From NCBI GenBank assembly GCA_023818895.1, contig JAMWCX010000002.1:1-32000 (forward strand): 32,000 bases of DNA, given 5' to 3'. Position numbers and translations under genes: made by a program. This document shows, one piece after another, positions 1 through 9,201 of the stretch. The DNA is from Candidatus Omnitrophota bacterium. Its GTDB lineage: Bacteria > Omnitrophota > Gorgyraeia > 2-01-FULL-45-10. The notes under the pieces were generated by a model. That model was not told where the DNA came from. It searched no databases and was given only the letters and a program-made list of their open reading frames with translations. How positions within the stretch are numbered: the first letter of the stretch is position 1; each line of letters starts with the position of its first letter.

Positions 1-2458
1 CATTGCCGCCCTCGAAGGATTTGTCGAGAACGAAAACATCCCATCGGTTAAACTTGGTGCCGTCATTGGCAAACCCTCTGTTGCGGCCGAGAGTCTGGTT
101 TGCCCTGTCATAGGTCGTCTTTCTATCAAAGACTCCGACGAATCCGACCTTCTCGCCTACCTTTATATCGGTTCCGGTGATATCTTCAGCCCCTAGGAAT
201 ATGCCGGTCTTCTTGTTGGCACCGTTCTCTACGAACCTTCCGTCCTTGCCTTGGGTGTAGAATTGCTCGCAGAGGGCTTTCTTGCTTAAGTTCTGCTTGC
301 CGGCCTCCCACTGCCCGCTTTTCAGCTTAAGCTCCATGAAGTTGCCGTGGCTGTCCGGGATTATTATCCTCTCGAACCCCTTTGCGGCGCAGATATTTTT
401 AAAGGCAGCGACCATATCGACGCCGTGCACGGTACGCGCCTCGGCGGCGAATACGAGGTAGTCCCTGCCGCTTAAGTCGACACATCTATCGGTAACGCTC
501 TTAGCGAGGTTACGCACAGAATCGACACTGTTATATGAACGGACGTGTTCTTTCCTCTGGCCGGTGCCCCCCATATCTGCGGGCAGATAAGCGTTCTCCT
601 GCTTGGCGTCAACTTTTAAGCCATACCCGAATTTAAACACGCTTTTTACTGCGGCAAGAGTACCGGTGACTCCCACGACGTTTCCGCCGTTCTTAAAGAT
701 GTCCATTATGACCTGCTGCATCTCGGCCTTGACCGAGTCTCCGCTCGTGCGCAGCCTGCCCAGCTGCTTGGCAAGGGCGCTCCTGTTACCAAGGTCTTTA
801 CCGAGCACTTCGCGCGCATGGAGGTTCGTTAAGACCTCTTCCCACTGGCTCGAGTATATCCTCTCTATCTCAGCTTTCGTCCCGTACGGGCATGCCCTCT
901 CGAAGCCCAGCTCTTTATCGAACTCCCATCCGAAGCCGTCCATCTTCTCGTGGAACTTGGTCGTGGCTATCCTTGCAAGCGTCATTAACGCGGTCTTCTC
1001 TTCAGCGGTAAGGGTCTCCGCGGTCTTGCCGAGTTTCTTGGCGACTTCGCGGACAAAGTCGGCCTTTATCCTTACGTCGTGTGTAACAGGCGACTCCCAG
1101 GCAACGTCGCTCCACGACCTGTTCGTAGACTCCCTGACCGATTTCGCCGCGAAGAAGACGTCCATTGACGTCTTGACTACGTCGGCATCGACTGTACCGC
1201 CGGCCCTCATCGACATGATAAGAGGGACTGTGTTTGCCAGGAAATGCGCCTCGTCTATGGCAAGCTCGACCCGCGAGGTCAAGGTCTTATATATACTAAC
1301 CTCGAGAGCCCTAACCGACGGGGCCTTATTTATCGAGGTCTGGTTGAGGCAGTTCATAAGAGACTGCTGCAGGACCGAATCTACAGTTACGATTATATCC
1401 GCATTCTTCGCCCTGTTCTGCAGGGTTGTCAGCTGCGTAAGATCTCCGGAATTAAGGGCCTTGGCGGCGTTAAATCCGATCACTTCGCTATCTCCCAAGA
1501 GGTCGAACTTGTAACCCAGTGCGCCGAACTTCCTAACCGCATCCGGGAATGAATTGGCGTCATAGCTTCCAGCAAGTAGTGCCGGAGGCAGGGTAAGTAT
1601 CGACTTATCCGTAGTCTGGGAGAAGAGCGCACGCGTCAGGTACATGTAGGCGTTCAATATCGCGTAGGTCTTGCCTGCGCCTGTGCCTATCTGTTTGGTC
1701 TCGGCAGAGGCCTTGTCTAAAGCGGCCTCGTCCCTCAGGTTCTTTATATTCTCCTTGTTTAAACCTTTGGATATAAGACCGAGCACCATCTCAAGCTGGT
1801 TTATCGCGCCATTGGAGGACATCTGCTCCCTTAAGCGCACGCCGAAGATGTCGCCGAATACGCTAAGGAGATTATTGATGGCCCTGGCCGTCTCCTGGCT
1901 CGCCTTGTCGACTTTTGCGACGTTGATAACGAGATCGCCCGCTTCGTTCTTCTCCAGGAAGTCGTACTTGGACTCTCCGGCTACTTCAGCCTTCTTCAGG
2001 AACTCGCCTATCCGGCCTCTTAAGTTTTCGGTGGCGCGGTTTACGGCCTGGTCGGCAAGCTTCGCCATATCCGTGCGCTTCATGCCAAGGAACTCCTTTA
2101 TCTTTTCGGCAGCCCTGGCGAAGACGCCTTTCTTACCGACGAGCGATGAATCCATTATCGACTTCGCCTCGTTAAGTATTATCGTATGTACGGACATCTT
2201 GTTTACTGTGTCCCGCACGGCCAATTTCGTCATTTCGAGAGACTTGCCGTCCACTTTGATGCCGTCTATCCTGACAGTCGGTATAGGCGCCGTCTTCTCG
2301 CCTGGGCCCGGCAGGCCGGTCGTCAGAGACTTGATTTCCCTGGCTTCGGGTGAATTTTTAACTTTCTCTCTTATTGCGCCTGCCTCTGTTTGATTATGTC
2401 CTCGTGTTTTTCCTGCTGGTTCATGAGATAGCCGGGAGCGAACTTGTACGACTGTTCC
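1..2458 (-). CDS. Large SF2 / SecA-DEAD-like ATPase protein, partial (3' end beyond window; no canonical start codon in its own frame)
   Basis: My own minus-strand translation is open from 2458 to 1 (819 codons). It is absent from the ORF track because there is no stop in the window. Motifs: Walker A QIGTGAGKT (1667-1687); DEAH box AIDEAHFLANTVPLIMS (DEAH at 1244-1255), resembling SecA DEVD...ARTPLIIS; GVTGTLAA (659-670), like SecA GMTGTA; ITGTDIKVG (155-178), like SecA GRGTDI; RANQTLGRNRGF (Q..GR..R motif VI). The plus-strand track ORFs here are S/T/A/L-rich antisense shadows. Confidence 0.8.
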
Positions 2459-2763
2459 TTATCCCGGGGTGAAGGCAGGAGTTTTTCGGCTGTGGATTCG
2501 CGGCGCTTGTAGTACAGGGAATCGTAATTCGTGACCTCTTCGCTACGGGAAGAATTTTCCGGACCCAGCTTTGCCTGCGGGATGCTGCTTTGATTATCAT
2601 AAGCTTCTGTATGAGCTAATATATTTTTATAGGGATCCTGGAAATAGAACATATCGCCTGCCCACGCGATGTCGTACCAGACAAACATAACGACCAAGAC
2701 CGTGGCGACGGATTTCATAAAAATTATTTTGCCAGGAGAATAATATTCAATCATTTGAATCAC
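2371..2763 (-). CDS. Signal-anchor leader ORF (130 aa from GTG 2763; ATG 2754 has the better SD, GGTGA). Probably the 5' part of the downstream ATPase gene.
   Basis: Track ORF. Hydrophobic segment MKSVATVLVVMFVWYDIAWA ending in an AxA-type site, followed by FYFQDP. It overlaps the downstream long ORF by 88 nt (2371-2458) in the -1 frame. Its N-terminus resembles that of the 1746-aa ORF. Confidence 0.6.
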   Translation of the reverse strand: MIQMIEYYSPGKIIFMKSVATVLVVMFVWYDIAWAGDMFYFQDPYKNILAHTEAYDNQSSIPQAKLGPENSSRSEEVTNYDSLYYKRRESTAEKLLPSPRDKEQSYKFAPGYLMNQQEKHEDIIKQRQAQ

Positions 2764-2886
2764 CCGCTTTTTGATTAAAAAATAAAGAATATATAATAAC
2801 TACTTTTTTAAAACTTATATAATCTTAAAAATAATTAATCAAAAAAACTCAACTCCTACTCTTTTCAAGTTGTTCGGCTACAATAT

Positions 2887-2914
2887 AATATATCATATAA
2901 CTAATTATTGTCAA
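2887..2914 (-). promoter_or_regulatory. Sigma70-like promoter for the leader/ATPase gene
   Basis: Minus strand: TTGACA (2914-2909), 16-nt spacer, TATATT (2892-2887). It sits in an AT-rich intergenic region about 120 nt upstream of the start codon. Confidence 0.5.
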
Positions 2915-2967
2915 GTACGTATATGTAACTTTTTTATTACTTAACTTTAGTCATCTGTCACCCTCTC

Positions 2968-3757
2968 GTGTAGACTGAAGTAGACTGCAGGGGCTTCTTT
3001 TGTTCTGCTTTTGTGGTATATTTTTGTTGTTTATAGAGGGGTGTGTATGGGTGAAGATTCGAGAGATATGGCTTTTAGGTTGCGGAAGATAATATTCTAT
3101 GAATGGCGATCGAAGAGACTGACATGGCAGGAAGTCAAGGCACGCTATGGGCTAAGCAAAGCGTGGTTCTATAAGTTCAGGTCTAGGTTCTTGAAATATG
3201 GCGATGATGGGCTCAAGGACAAGATCCGTAAAGTACCCCTCCTCGCCCACTATCTTGCGTGGGATCAAAAGATAAAGGTCGACTTCTTTGTGAACCATAT
3301 ATTCAACAATACCCCTCCTTTCAAGATAAGAGGCGTTATCACGGACCAGGCAGTTGAGTTCTATTATGCGCGTCATAAGAACGACTATAGCTACTTCAGG
3401 CCCATGATAAATCGATGCGGAGTTGAACACACGGTTACCAAAAGAGCCCATCTGTGGACCAACGGCTATGCCGAGAGATTGAACCAGACAATATGGCAGG
3501 AATTCTACCTATGCATGCTGCCCAGACCTTATGCAACACTTGCACAGCTAAATGAGGACCTGCAGAAGTTCATGAGAGAATACAACTTCAAGAGGATGCA
3601 TACGGGCTACAAACTGGTAGAGAGAGGCTATCGGTCCCCGGCGCATGCGTTCTTTGATATACGCGAGAACTCTAATATCGTTGAGATAAAGTATTAGCTG
3701 CAAAAAAAGATACGGGATCTTTGCCGCGGGAGAGGTGTATCTACTTTAGTCTACTCA
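2968..3757. mobile_element. Internally deleted IS remnant (IS481/IS3-like rve transposase) with imperfect terminal inverted repeats
   Basis: Left end GTAGACTGAAGTAGACT (2970-2986) versus the reverse complement of the right end GTAGACTAAAGTAGATA (3754-3738): 14/17 matches, both read outside to inside. Each end contains a tandem GTAGA motif. The repeats bracket the truncated transposase ORF. No target-site duplication is evident. Confidence 0.5.
3047..3697 (+). CDS. DDE (rve/integrase-core) transposase, internally truncated and likely non-functional
   Basis: The N-terminal HTH-like region (RLTWQEVKARYGLSKAWFYKFRSRFLKYGDDGLKD) is joined after about 45 aa directly to the C-terminal third of an rve domain (TDQAVEF...GVEHTVTKRAHLWTNGYAERLNQTIWQEF...YNFKRMHTGY). 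The segment that should carry the first two catalytic Asp residues is missing. The track ORF starts at TTG 3011; ATG 3047 is more plausible. Confidence 0.65.
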   Translation: MGEDSRDMAFRLRKIIFYEWRSKRLTWQEVKARYGLSKAWFYKFRSRFLKYGDDGLKDKIRKVPLLAHYLAWDQKIKVDFFVNHIFNNTPPFKIRGVITDQAVEFYYARHKNDYSYFRPMINRCGVEHTVTKRAHLWTNGYAERLNQTIWQEFYLCMLPRPYATLAQLNEDLQKFMREYNFKRMHTGYKLVERGYRSPAHAFFDIRENSNIVEIKY

Positions 3758-4518
3758 TCGGGGAGATAGGACAATAGCATTCTATTCCCCACTCGTAGTA
3801 ACTGGTTTTTGAATTTTTGGTTGTGTTTTTTGGATGTTTTTCGGGCTTGCCGATAAGGGGAATCGGGCAAGTAATCTAATACCGGCTTAAAACTACGCCT
3901 GTGTATAGGAATGATTCCGTATTTTTTTATGGCTTCTTTATGTGATTTGGTCGGGTAGCCTTTATGCCTTGCGAATCCGTATTGCGGAAATATCTTGTCA
4001 TATTCAAGCATGATACGGTCCCGGGTAACCTTTGCTATGATGGAGGCCGCCGCGATGGACATGCTCTGTGAGTCGCCCCTTACTATGCTTCTTACCGGGC
4101 ATTCGATGGGCAATTTTATCCTCCCATCGACAATAACATAATCTGGCGGAATACGGAGGTTGGATATAGCCATCTGCATTGCCTTGACAGCGGCGTGATA
4201 AATATTTATCTCGTCTATAGTTTTTTCGTCCACAATCCCAACGCCGACGATAGCTTTTTCCATTATTTCGTCATAGGCTTTTTCACGCTTCTTCGCGGTG
4301 AGTTTTTTGGAATCGTCGATCTGGCACTCGAAATCGTAATTTTTTAGGATAACGGCGCTGGCAACCACGGGTCCGGCTAACGGGCCGCGGCCGGCCTCAT
4401 CGACACCGGCTATCAGCGAGTAACCTCTTCTACTTAGCCTCTTCTCGTGCCGCAGAAGTCTGGTCTTCAGATACCGATGGTCCCGAACCCTTATTCGAGG
4501 AGTGCTCAATCTTTTCAT
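3751..4518 (-). CDS. rnhB: Ribonuclease HII
   Basis: [43 protein letters not shown] and HRRSFKPV motifs. ATG at 4518 (the track uses TTG 4521). The stop codon TAG lies inside the IS terminal repeat. Confidence 0.9.
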   Translation of the reverse strand: MKRLSTPRIRVRDHRYLKTRLLRHEKRLSRRGYSLIAGVDEAGRGPLAGPVVASAVILKNYDFECQIDDSKKLTAKKREKAYDEIMEKAIVGVGIVDEKTIDEINIYHAAVKAMQMAISNLRIPPDYVIVDGRIKLPIECPVRSIVRGDSQSMSIAAASIIAKVTRDRIMLEYDKIFPQYGFARHKGYPTKSHKEAIKKYGIIPIHRRSFKPVLDYLPDSPYRQARKTSKKHNQKFKNQLLRVGNRMLLSYLPDE

Positions 4519-4849
4519 CAACCCTCGTCGCTTTGCCGACCTTTCTCTTTAGATAATAGAGTTTTGCCCTCTTCACATCACCCCTCTTGACAACTTTTAT
4601 TTTGTCAATGAATGGGGAGTGTAGAGGAAATACCATCTCGACACCTTCGCCATAAGATATCTTGCGAACAGTGAATGTTTCGCGCAAACCCGAGCCGGCT
4701 CTCGCAATCACGGTGCCTTCGAAAGTCTGGATGCGCGACTTTCCCTCTTCAACTATCTTTAGCTGGACGTCAACGGTATCGCCGATATTGAATTTTGGGA
4801 TATCTTTCTTTATGAACTTCGCTTCGACCGACTTTATTATATGTTCCAT
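4430..4849 (-). CDS. rplS: 50S ribosomal protein L19 (with a C-terminal extension of about 25 aa)
   Basis: Typical L19 sequence: [51 protein letters not shown]...KRAKLYYL. Confidence 0.93.
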   Translation of the reverse strand: MEHIIKSVEAKFIKKDIPKFNIGDTVDVQLKIVEEGKSRIQTFEGTVIARAGSGLRETFTVRKISYGEGVEMVFPLHSPFIDKIKVVKRGDVKRAKLYYLKRKVGKATRVDEKIEHSSNKGSGPSVSEDQTSAAREEAK

Positions 4850-4881
4850 CTTTTCTCCTTTGCGTTATAACTCTTTACCGC

Positions 4882-5610
4882 TTACTGTTTACCTATTAAA
4901 TCCGGCCGCTTCTTTATCGTCCTCTTCAAGGCCTCGGCTCTTCTCCATTCTTTTATTTTCCTATGATCACCGCTCAAAAGCACCGATGGCACCTTCATTC
5001 CCTTGAATTCCGCCGGCCTTGTATACTGCGGATATTCCAAAAGACCATTTTCGAATGATTCAGACAATAGAGAATCCGCATCCCCCAACACTCCGGGAAG
5101 AAGCCTGACCACGCAATCTATAAGAACCATCGCCGGTATCTCGCCACAGGTAAGGATATAATCGCCGATAGATATTTCCTCATCTACAAGCTCTCTTATC
5201 CTTTCGTCAACGCCCTCATAGTGTCCGCAGATAAGAACTAGCGATTTTTCCCGGGCGAGTTCTTTCGCAAGTTTTTGGTCTAACCTCCTTCCTTGCGGCG
5301 TAAGAAGTATGGTCTTCGCCCTTCTACGGCGGGCTCTCGTCTCCCGCCGGGCGCCGCGCTTTAAACCGAGATCTTTTCGCAAGACGCCCAGTTGGCAGAG
5401 AGCCAACCAGACAGGCTCTATTTTCATCACCATCCCCGGCCCGCCGCCGAACGGCTTATCGTCGGCGGTGCGATGATTATCAAACGTCCAATCACGCAGG
5501 TTGTGGATTTTAATCTCGATAAGTTTTTTCGCCTGGGCGCGCTTCAATATCGATTCGCCCAGAACACTATCGAACATTGCCGGAAATAACGTGAGAATGT
5601 CTATACGCAT
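4882..5610 (-). CDS. trmD: tRNA (guanine37-N1)-methyltransferase
   Basis: [57 protein letters not shown]. Carries an Arg-rich insert ([23 protein letters not shown]). Confidence 0.95.
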   Translation of the reverse strand: MRIDILTLFPAMFDSVLGESILKRAQAKKLIEIKIHNLRDWTFDNHRTADDKPFGGGPGMVMKIEPVWLALCQLGVLRKDLGLKRGARRETRARRRRAKTILLTPQGRRLDQKLAKELAREKSLVLICGHYEGVDERIRELVDEEISIGDYILTCGEIPAMVLIDCVVRLLPGVLGDADSLLSESFENGLLEYPQYTRPAEFKGMKVPSVLLSGDHRKIKEWRRAEALKRTIKKRPDLIGKQ

Positions 5611-5659
5611 GGACTCAGGTTAAGATCGAGCTTTAGGCTAAGGCTTCCCTACCTTTGTC

Positions 5660-5911
5660 CTAAGCCCTAACCTTGATCCCCTGTTTCTTGAAAAGCGTCC
5701 GCACGATAGCGGATGGGGTAGCGCCCACTCCGATCCAGTACTCTGCGCGGTCTTTTTTAACTTTCACGCTTGCCGGGTCAGTCTTGGGATCGTAGAATCC
5801 AAGTATCTCTATCGGTTTTCCATCCCTTGCGCTACGCCTGTCCATCACGACGATCCTGTGAACAGGTTTTTTCAGAGTTCCCATCCTCGTAAGTCTTATA
5901 ACTGCTGGCAT
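5660..5911 (-). CDS. rpsP: 30S ribosomal protein S16
   Basis: MPAVIRLTRMGTLKKPVHRIVVMDRRSARDGKPIEILGFYDP. SD AAGGAGGA lies upstream. Confidence 0.95.
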   Translation of the reverse strand: MPAVIRLTRMGTLKKPVHRIVVMDRRSARDGKPIEILGFYDPKTDPASVKVKKDRAEYWIGVGATPSAIVRTLFKKQGIKVRA

Positions 5912-6048
5912 CTTATCCTCCTTGCTAACCGCCTCTTAACTCAAAACTCAAATTTCTAAAATTAATGCCGCCGCTTCGCCGACTTCGTATACCTATCCCC
6001 GCCACGCCAGAGGCGGCAATTTCGATCTTTGCGTTTTGATCTTTGACT

Positions 6049-7314
6049 TTATTTCTCCTTCTCTCTCCAGACACTAGCACCCAATGCCGCCAATTTCTCT
6101 TCAATCTTCTCATACCCGCGATCCAGATGGTAAATCCTTTTGACCTCTGTCCTGCCCTTTGCCACAAGCCCGGCCAGCACAAGCGCCGCTGAAGCCCTCA
6201 AGTCAGAAGCCATAACCGGCGCACCGCTTAATCCCTGGACACCTTTTATTATCGCGCTCGGCCCTTCTAGTCTTATATCGGCCCCCATCCTGTTTAATTC
6301 CATGATATGAGTGAACCGATCCGGGTAGATCTTCTCGGTGATAACACTGATACCTTCGGTAACAGCCATGAGACTCATCACTTGTGCCTGCATATCCGTC
6401 GGAAAGCCGGGATATGGAAGCGTCGTCACGTCTATAGGCTTAAGCTTCTTCACGTATTTGACCCTGAAGCCGTTCGGCACCTTCCTGATATGCAGGCCCG
6501 ATTCGATAAGCTTGTCGACCAGGGCAACCATATGCTCCAGCTTCGCGTTTCTAAGTGTCACGTCACCTTTTGTTATGGCGGCCGCTATCGCGTAAGTACC
6601 GGCCTCTATCCTGTCCGGAATTACACGGTGGTCGGCCCCATGCAGCCGCCTGACGCCTTCGATTATAAGCCGGTGAGTTCCATGCCCTTTTATTTTGGCG
6701 CCCATCTTCATCAAAAACGATGTAAGGTCCACCACTTCGGGCTCGCAGGCGGCGTTCTCTATGATGGTAACCCCTTTCGTCAGCACTGCGGCCATCATGA
6801 CATTCGCGGTGGCAAGTACACTGGAACCGAAGTGCCCACCGAGGTATACATGGCCTCCTCGCATACGCCTTCCGTCAGCGACTATATAACCTTTCTCAAC
6901 CTTTATCCCCGCTCCGAGCGCCTCAAGCCCTTTGAGATGCAGATCTATAGGCCGCGGCCCTATTACGCACCCCCCAGGATACGACACCTGCGCAAACTTC
7001 TGCTTCGCAAGAAGCGGGCCGAGAACACATATAGATGCGCGCATAGTACTGACGAGTTCATACGGCGCCATGCACTTCTTGTATCCCTTCGGATCCACGA
7101 CCACCGTATCGCCATCTTGGCGGGCTTTGACATCAAGACACTTAAATATCTTGAGCATCGTCGATATATCCCTCAACATGGGGACATTCCTTATGACCGA
7201 CTTTTCATCTGAAAGTAGCGTGGCGGCAAGTATGGGAAGCGAGGCGTTCTTCGCGCCGCTTATAGTAACTGTGCCCTCAAGCCTTCCGATGCCTTCTATT
7301 ACTAACTTATCCAT
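6049..7314 (-). CDS. murA: UDP-N-acetylglucosamine 1-carboxyvinyltransferase
   Basis: N-terminus MDKLVIEGIGRLEGTVTISGAKNASLPILAATLL and active-site loop PGGCVIGPRPIDLH. Full length, 421 aa. Confidence 0.95.
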   Translation of the reverse strand: MDKLVIEGIGRLEGTVTISGAKNASLPILAATLLSDEKSVIRNVPMLRDISTMLKIFKCLDVKARQDGDTVVVDPKGYKKCMAPYELVSTMRASICVLGPLLAKQKFAQVSYPGGCVIGPRPIDLHLKGLEALGAGIKVEKGYIVADGRRMRGGHVYLGGHFGSSVLATANVMMAAVLTKGVTIIENAACEPEVVDLTSFLMKMGAKIKGHGTHRLIIEGVRRLHGADHRVIPDRIEAGTYAIAAAITKGDVTLRNAKLEHMVALVDKLIESGLHIRKVPNGFRVKYVKKLKPIDVTTLPYPGFPTDMQAQVMSLMAVTEGISVITEKIYPDRFTHIMELNRMGADIRLEGPSAIIKGVQGLSGAPVMASDLRASAALVLAGLVAKGRTEVKRIYHLDRGYEKIEEKLAALGASVWREKEK

Positions 7315-7994
7315 CGGGCTACAAGCACCCTTTCGATGCCATTATGGTCCGTTTTTACCTCAACAACGCGGAGCAAACCAAAAGACTTCACAATCTCTTC
7401 TATAGCCTTCCTCTGCCCGTAACCAATCTCCATAAGGATATAGCCGTCTTTTTTTAGGTAAAACGGCGATAAATGAATAATTCTCCTGTAAAAATCGAGG
7501 CCGTCTTCTCCACCGTCAAGCGCGATAGCGGGCTCCTTAAGAACCTCTTTCTGAAGCACGGCAAATTCATGCCTTGCTATGTAGGGAGGGTTAGATATTA
7601 TTATATCAAATCGGCCTTCAATTTTGCCGAAAACGTCGCTTTCAATAAAATCGATATTTTCTAAAACGCCATGATAAGCCGCGTTGCTCCTTGCCACACA
7701 AAGCGCTGCTTCAGATATATCGGAAGCGATTATTTTACAATTAGTTATGGCTTTTGTCAATCTACAAGCAAGCGATATCGCGATACATCCTGACCCTGTG
7801 CAAAGATCTAAAATCCTTACGCTCCGTCCAGCCGAAGTGCCGCCACTGGCTAACTTAGACGCGATCTCCACCAGTATCTCTGTCTCCGGCCTAGGAATGA
7901 AAACTCTCTCATCGACTTCGAATTCCAGGCCGCAGAATTCGGTCTTACCGATGATATATTGTATAGGAGTATGTGGCTCTATCGTCTGAATCAT
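7302..7994 (-). CDS. prmC: Release-factor glutamine N5-methyltransferase PrmC/HemK, short form lacking the N-terminal helical domain
   Basis: PIQYIIGKTEFCGLEFEV..FIPRPETE, SAM motif LDLCTGSGCIA, catalytic NPPY (IISNPPYI). 230 aa; the protein begins right at the conserved (E)PxQYxxG block. Overlaps murA by 13 nt. Confidence 0.88.
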   Translation of the reverse strand: MIQTIEPHTPIQYIIGKTEFCGLEFEVDERVFIPRPETEILVEIASKLASGGTSAGRSVRILDLCTGSGCIAISLACRLTKAITNCKIIASDISEAALCVARSNAAYHGVLENIDFIESDVFGKIEGRFDIIISNPPYIARHEFAVLQKEVLKEPAIALDGGEDGLDFYRRIIHLSPFYLKKDGYILMEIGYGQRKAIEEIVKSFGLLRVVEVKTDHNGIERVLVARWIS

Positions 7995-8056
7995 AGGTCA
8001 AAACCGAAAATCAGAAACACCGGATACTGAACAAAGGAAAAATTAGAATTTTCCAT
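7991..8056 (-). CDS. Candidate 21-aa upstream ORF (MENSNFSFVQYPVFLIFGFDL) coupled to prmC
   Basis: GGAG lies 4 nt upstream of ATG 8056. Its TGA overlaps the prmC ATG (ATGA, 7991-7994). prmC has no SD of its own. Too short to appear in the ORF track. Confidence 0.25.
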   Translation of the reverse strand: MENSNFSFVQYPVFLIFGFDL

Positions 8057-8109
8057 TTGTCTCCGATTCCTGTGTTTTGAATCTATAGTTTTTGAGTCGC
8101 ATGCCGCGC

Positions 8110-9183
8110 TCACCTTATCTGTTCTAATCGCAATTTTCTTTCTTTCTCTTTAAGTGCGTCTATGATCTCGTCCAGCTCGCCTTCGAGAATACCCTCAAGG
8201 TTGTGAGTGGTAAATCCTATCCTATGGTCCGTGACGCGCCTGTCCGGAAAATTATAGGTCCTTATCTTTTCTGAGCGGTCCCCCGTGCCCACCTGCGCGC
8301 GCCGCGATCGGGCGATCTTCTCGGCCTGTTCCCGCTGCTTGATATCGAAAAGCCTCGCTCGCAATACCTTCAGCGCCTTGGCCTTATTCTTAAGCTGTGA
8401 ACGCTCGTCCTGACAAGTAACGACCATTCCTGTGGGAAGATGCGTCAGGCGCACCGCCGAATCGGTTCGGTTTACACCTTGGCCGCCGGCGCCTCCGGAC
8501 CTGAACACATCCACCTTGAGGTCTTCGGGTTTTATGACAACGTCCACCTCTTCGGCCTCAGGAAGCACCGCTACCGTAGCGGCGGAGGTGTGTATTCTTC
8601 CGCTTGCCTCGGTTTCGGGCACGCGCTGAACACGATGGGTGCCGCTTTCAAATTTCATCCTGCTGTAGACACCGCTGCCGGATATCGAGCAAATGACTTC
8701 CTTGTAGCCGCCTTTTTCAGTCATGCTAGAATCGATAAGCTCAAGTTTCCAGCCTTTCTTCGCGGCGTATTTTGAATACATACGCAAAAGATCCGCGGCA
8801 AAAAGGCTTGCCTCAAGCCCGCCGGTACCCGCGCGTATCTCGACGATGACGTTTCTCTCGCCGCCTGACTCCTCTTCAATAACAAGATCCTCAATCCGCG
8901 AGGAGGCGTCTTTAAGAGCTTTTTCGAGCCTGTGCTTCTCCTCTTCGGCCATGACGAGAAAATCATTGTCATGCGATTTGTCACCGAGCACATTCTCCAG
9001 ATCCTGAAGGTCGCGCGTAATCTTAAGGTAATTATTATACTCGTTTACAATCGGCGTAAGCGAGGCGAGCTCCTTGGCATAGGCCTGGTACTCCGCTTTG
9101 TTTGAGATAACGTTGGGGTCGGCCAGAAGCAGTTGCAGCTCTTCGTAGCGCCTCTTCTTCTCCTGGGCTATTCTTTCTATCAT
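8110..9183 (-). CDS. prfA: Peptide chain release factor 1
   Basis: GGQ motif (RSGGAGGQGVNRTDSAVRLTHLPTG) and the RF1-type P-x-T tripeptide region RVQRVPETEASGRIHTS. Confidence 0.95.
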   Translation of the reverse strand: MIERIAQEKKRRYEELQLLLADPNVISNKAEYQAYAKELASLTPIVNEYNNYLKITRDLQDLENVLGDKSHDNDFLVMAEEEKHRLEKALKDASSRIEDLVIEEESGGERNVIVEIRAGTGGLEASLFAADLLRMYSKYAAKKGWKLELIDSSMTEKGGYKEVICSISGSGVYSRMKFESGTHRVQRVPETEASGRIHTSAATVAVLPEAEEVDVVIKPEDLKVDVFRSGGAGGQGVNRTDSAVRLTHLPTGMVVTCQDERSQLKNKAKALKVLRARLFDIKQREQAEKIARSRRAQVGTGDRSEKIRTYNFPDRRVTDHRIGFTTHNLEGILEGELDEIIDALKEKERKLRLEQIR

Positions 9184-9201
9184 GTTCTATATCGAACTTG
9201 T

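Noticed and set aside
603-2393. Plus-strand track ORFs 603-1514, 1244-1552 and 1671-2393
   Set aside because: Their translations are low-complexity and S/T/A/L/F-rich, with no motifs. The opposite strand carries a continuous motif-bearing frame (Walker A, DEAH, etc.), so these are antisense shadow ORFs.
2868-2883. Shared short words upstream of both leader-carrying genes: CGGCTACAA (2875-2883 and 24439-24447) and AGTTGTTC (2868-2875 and 24456-24463)
   Set aside because: There are only 8-9 nt matches, in different order and spacing at the two loci. In the second locus they are part of the terminator and a small hairpin. Chance cannot be excluded without genome-wide motif statistics.
5925-6182. 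Track ORF 5925-6182 (minus strand), and a GC-rich inverted repeat TGCCGCC (5966-5972) / GGCGGCA (6012-6018) between murA and rpsP
   Set aside because: The ORF overlaps the murA 3' end and has an implausible composition. The inverted repeat has a 39-nt loop in which I could not find stable inner pairing, so I do not call it a terminator or a structured RNA, though T-rich sequence follows it on the minus strand.
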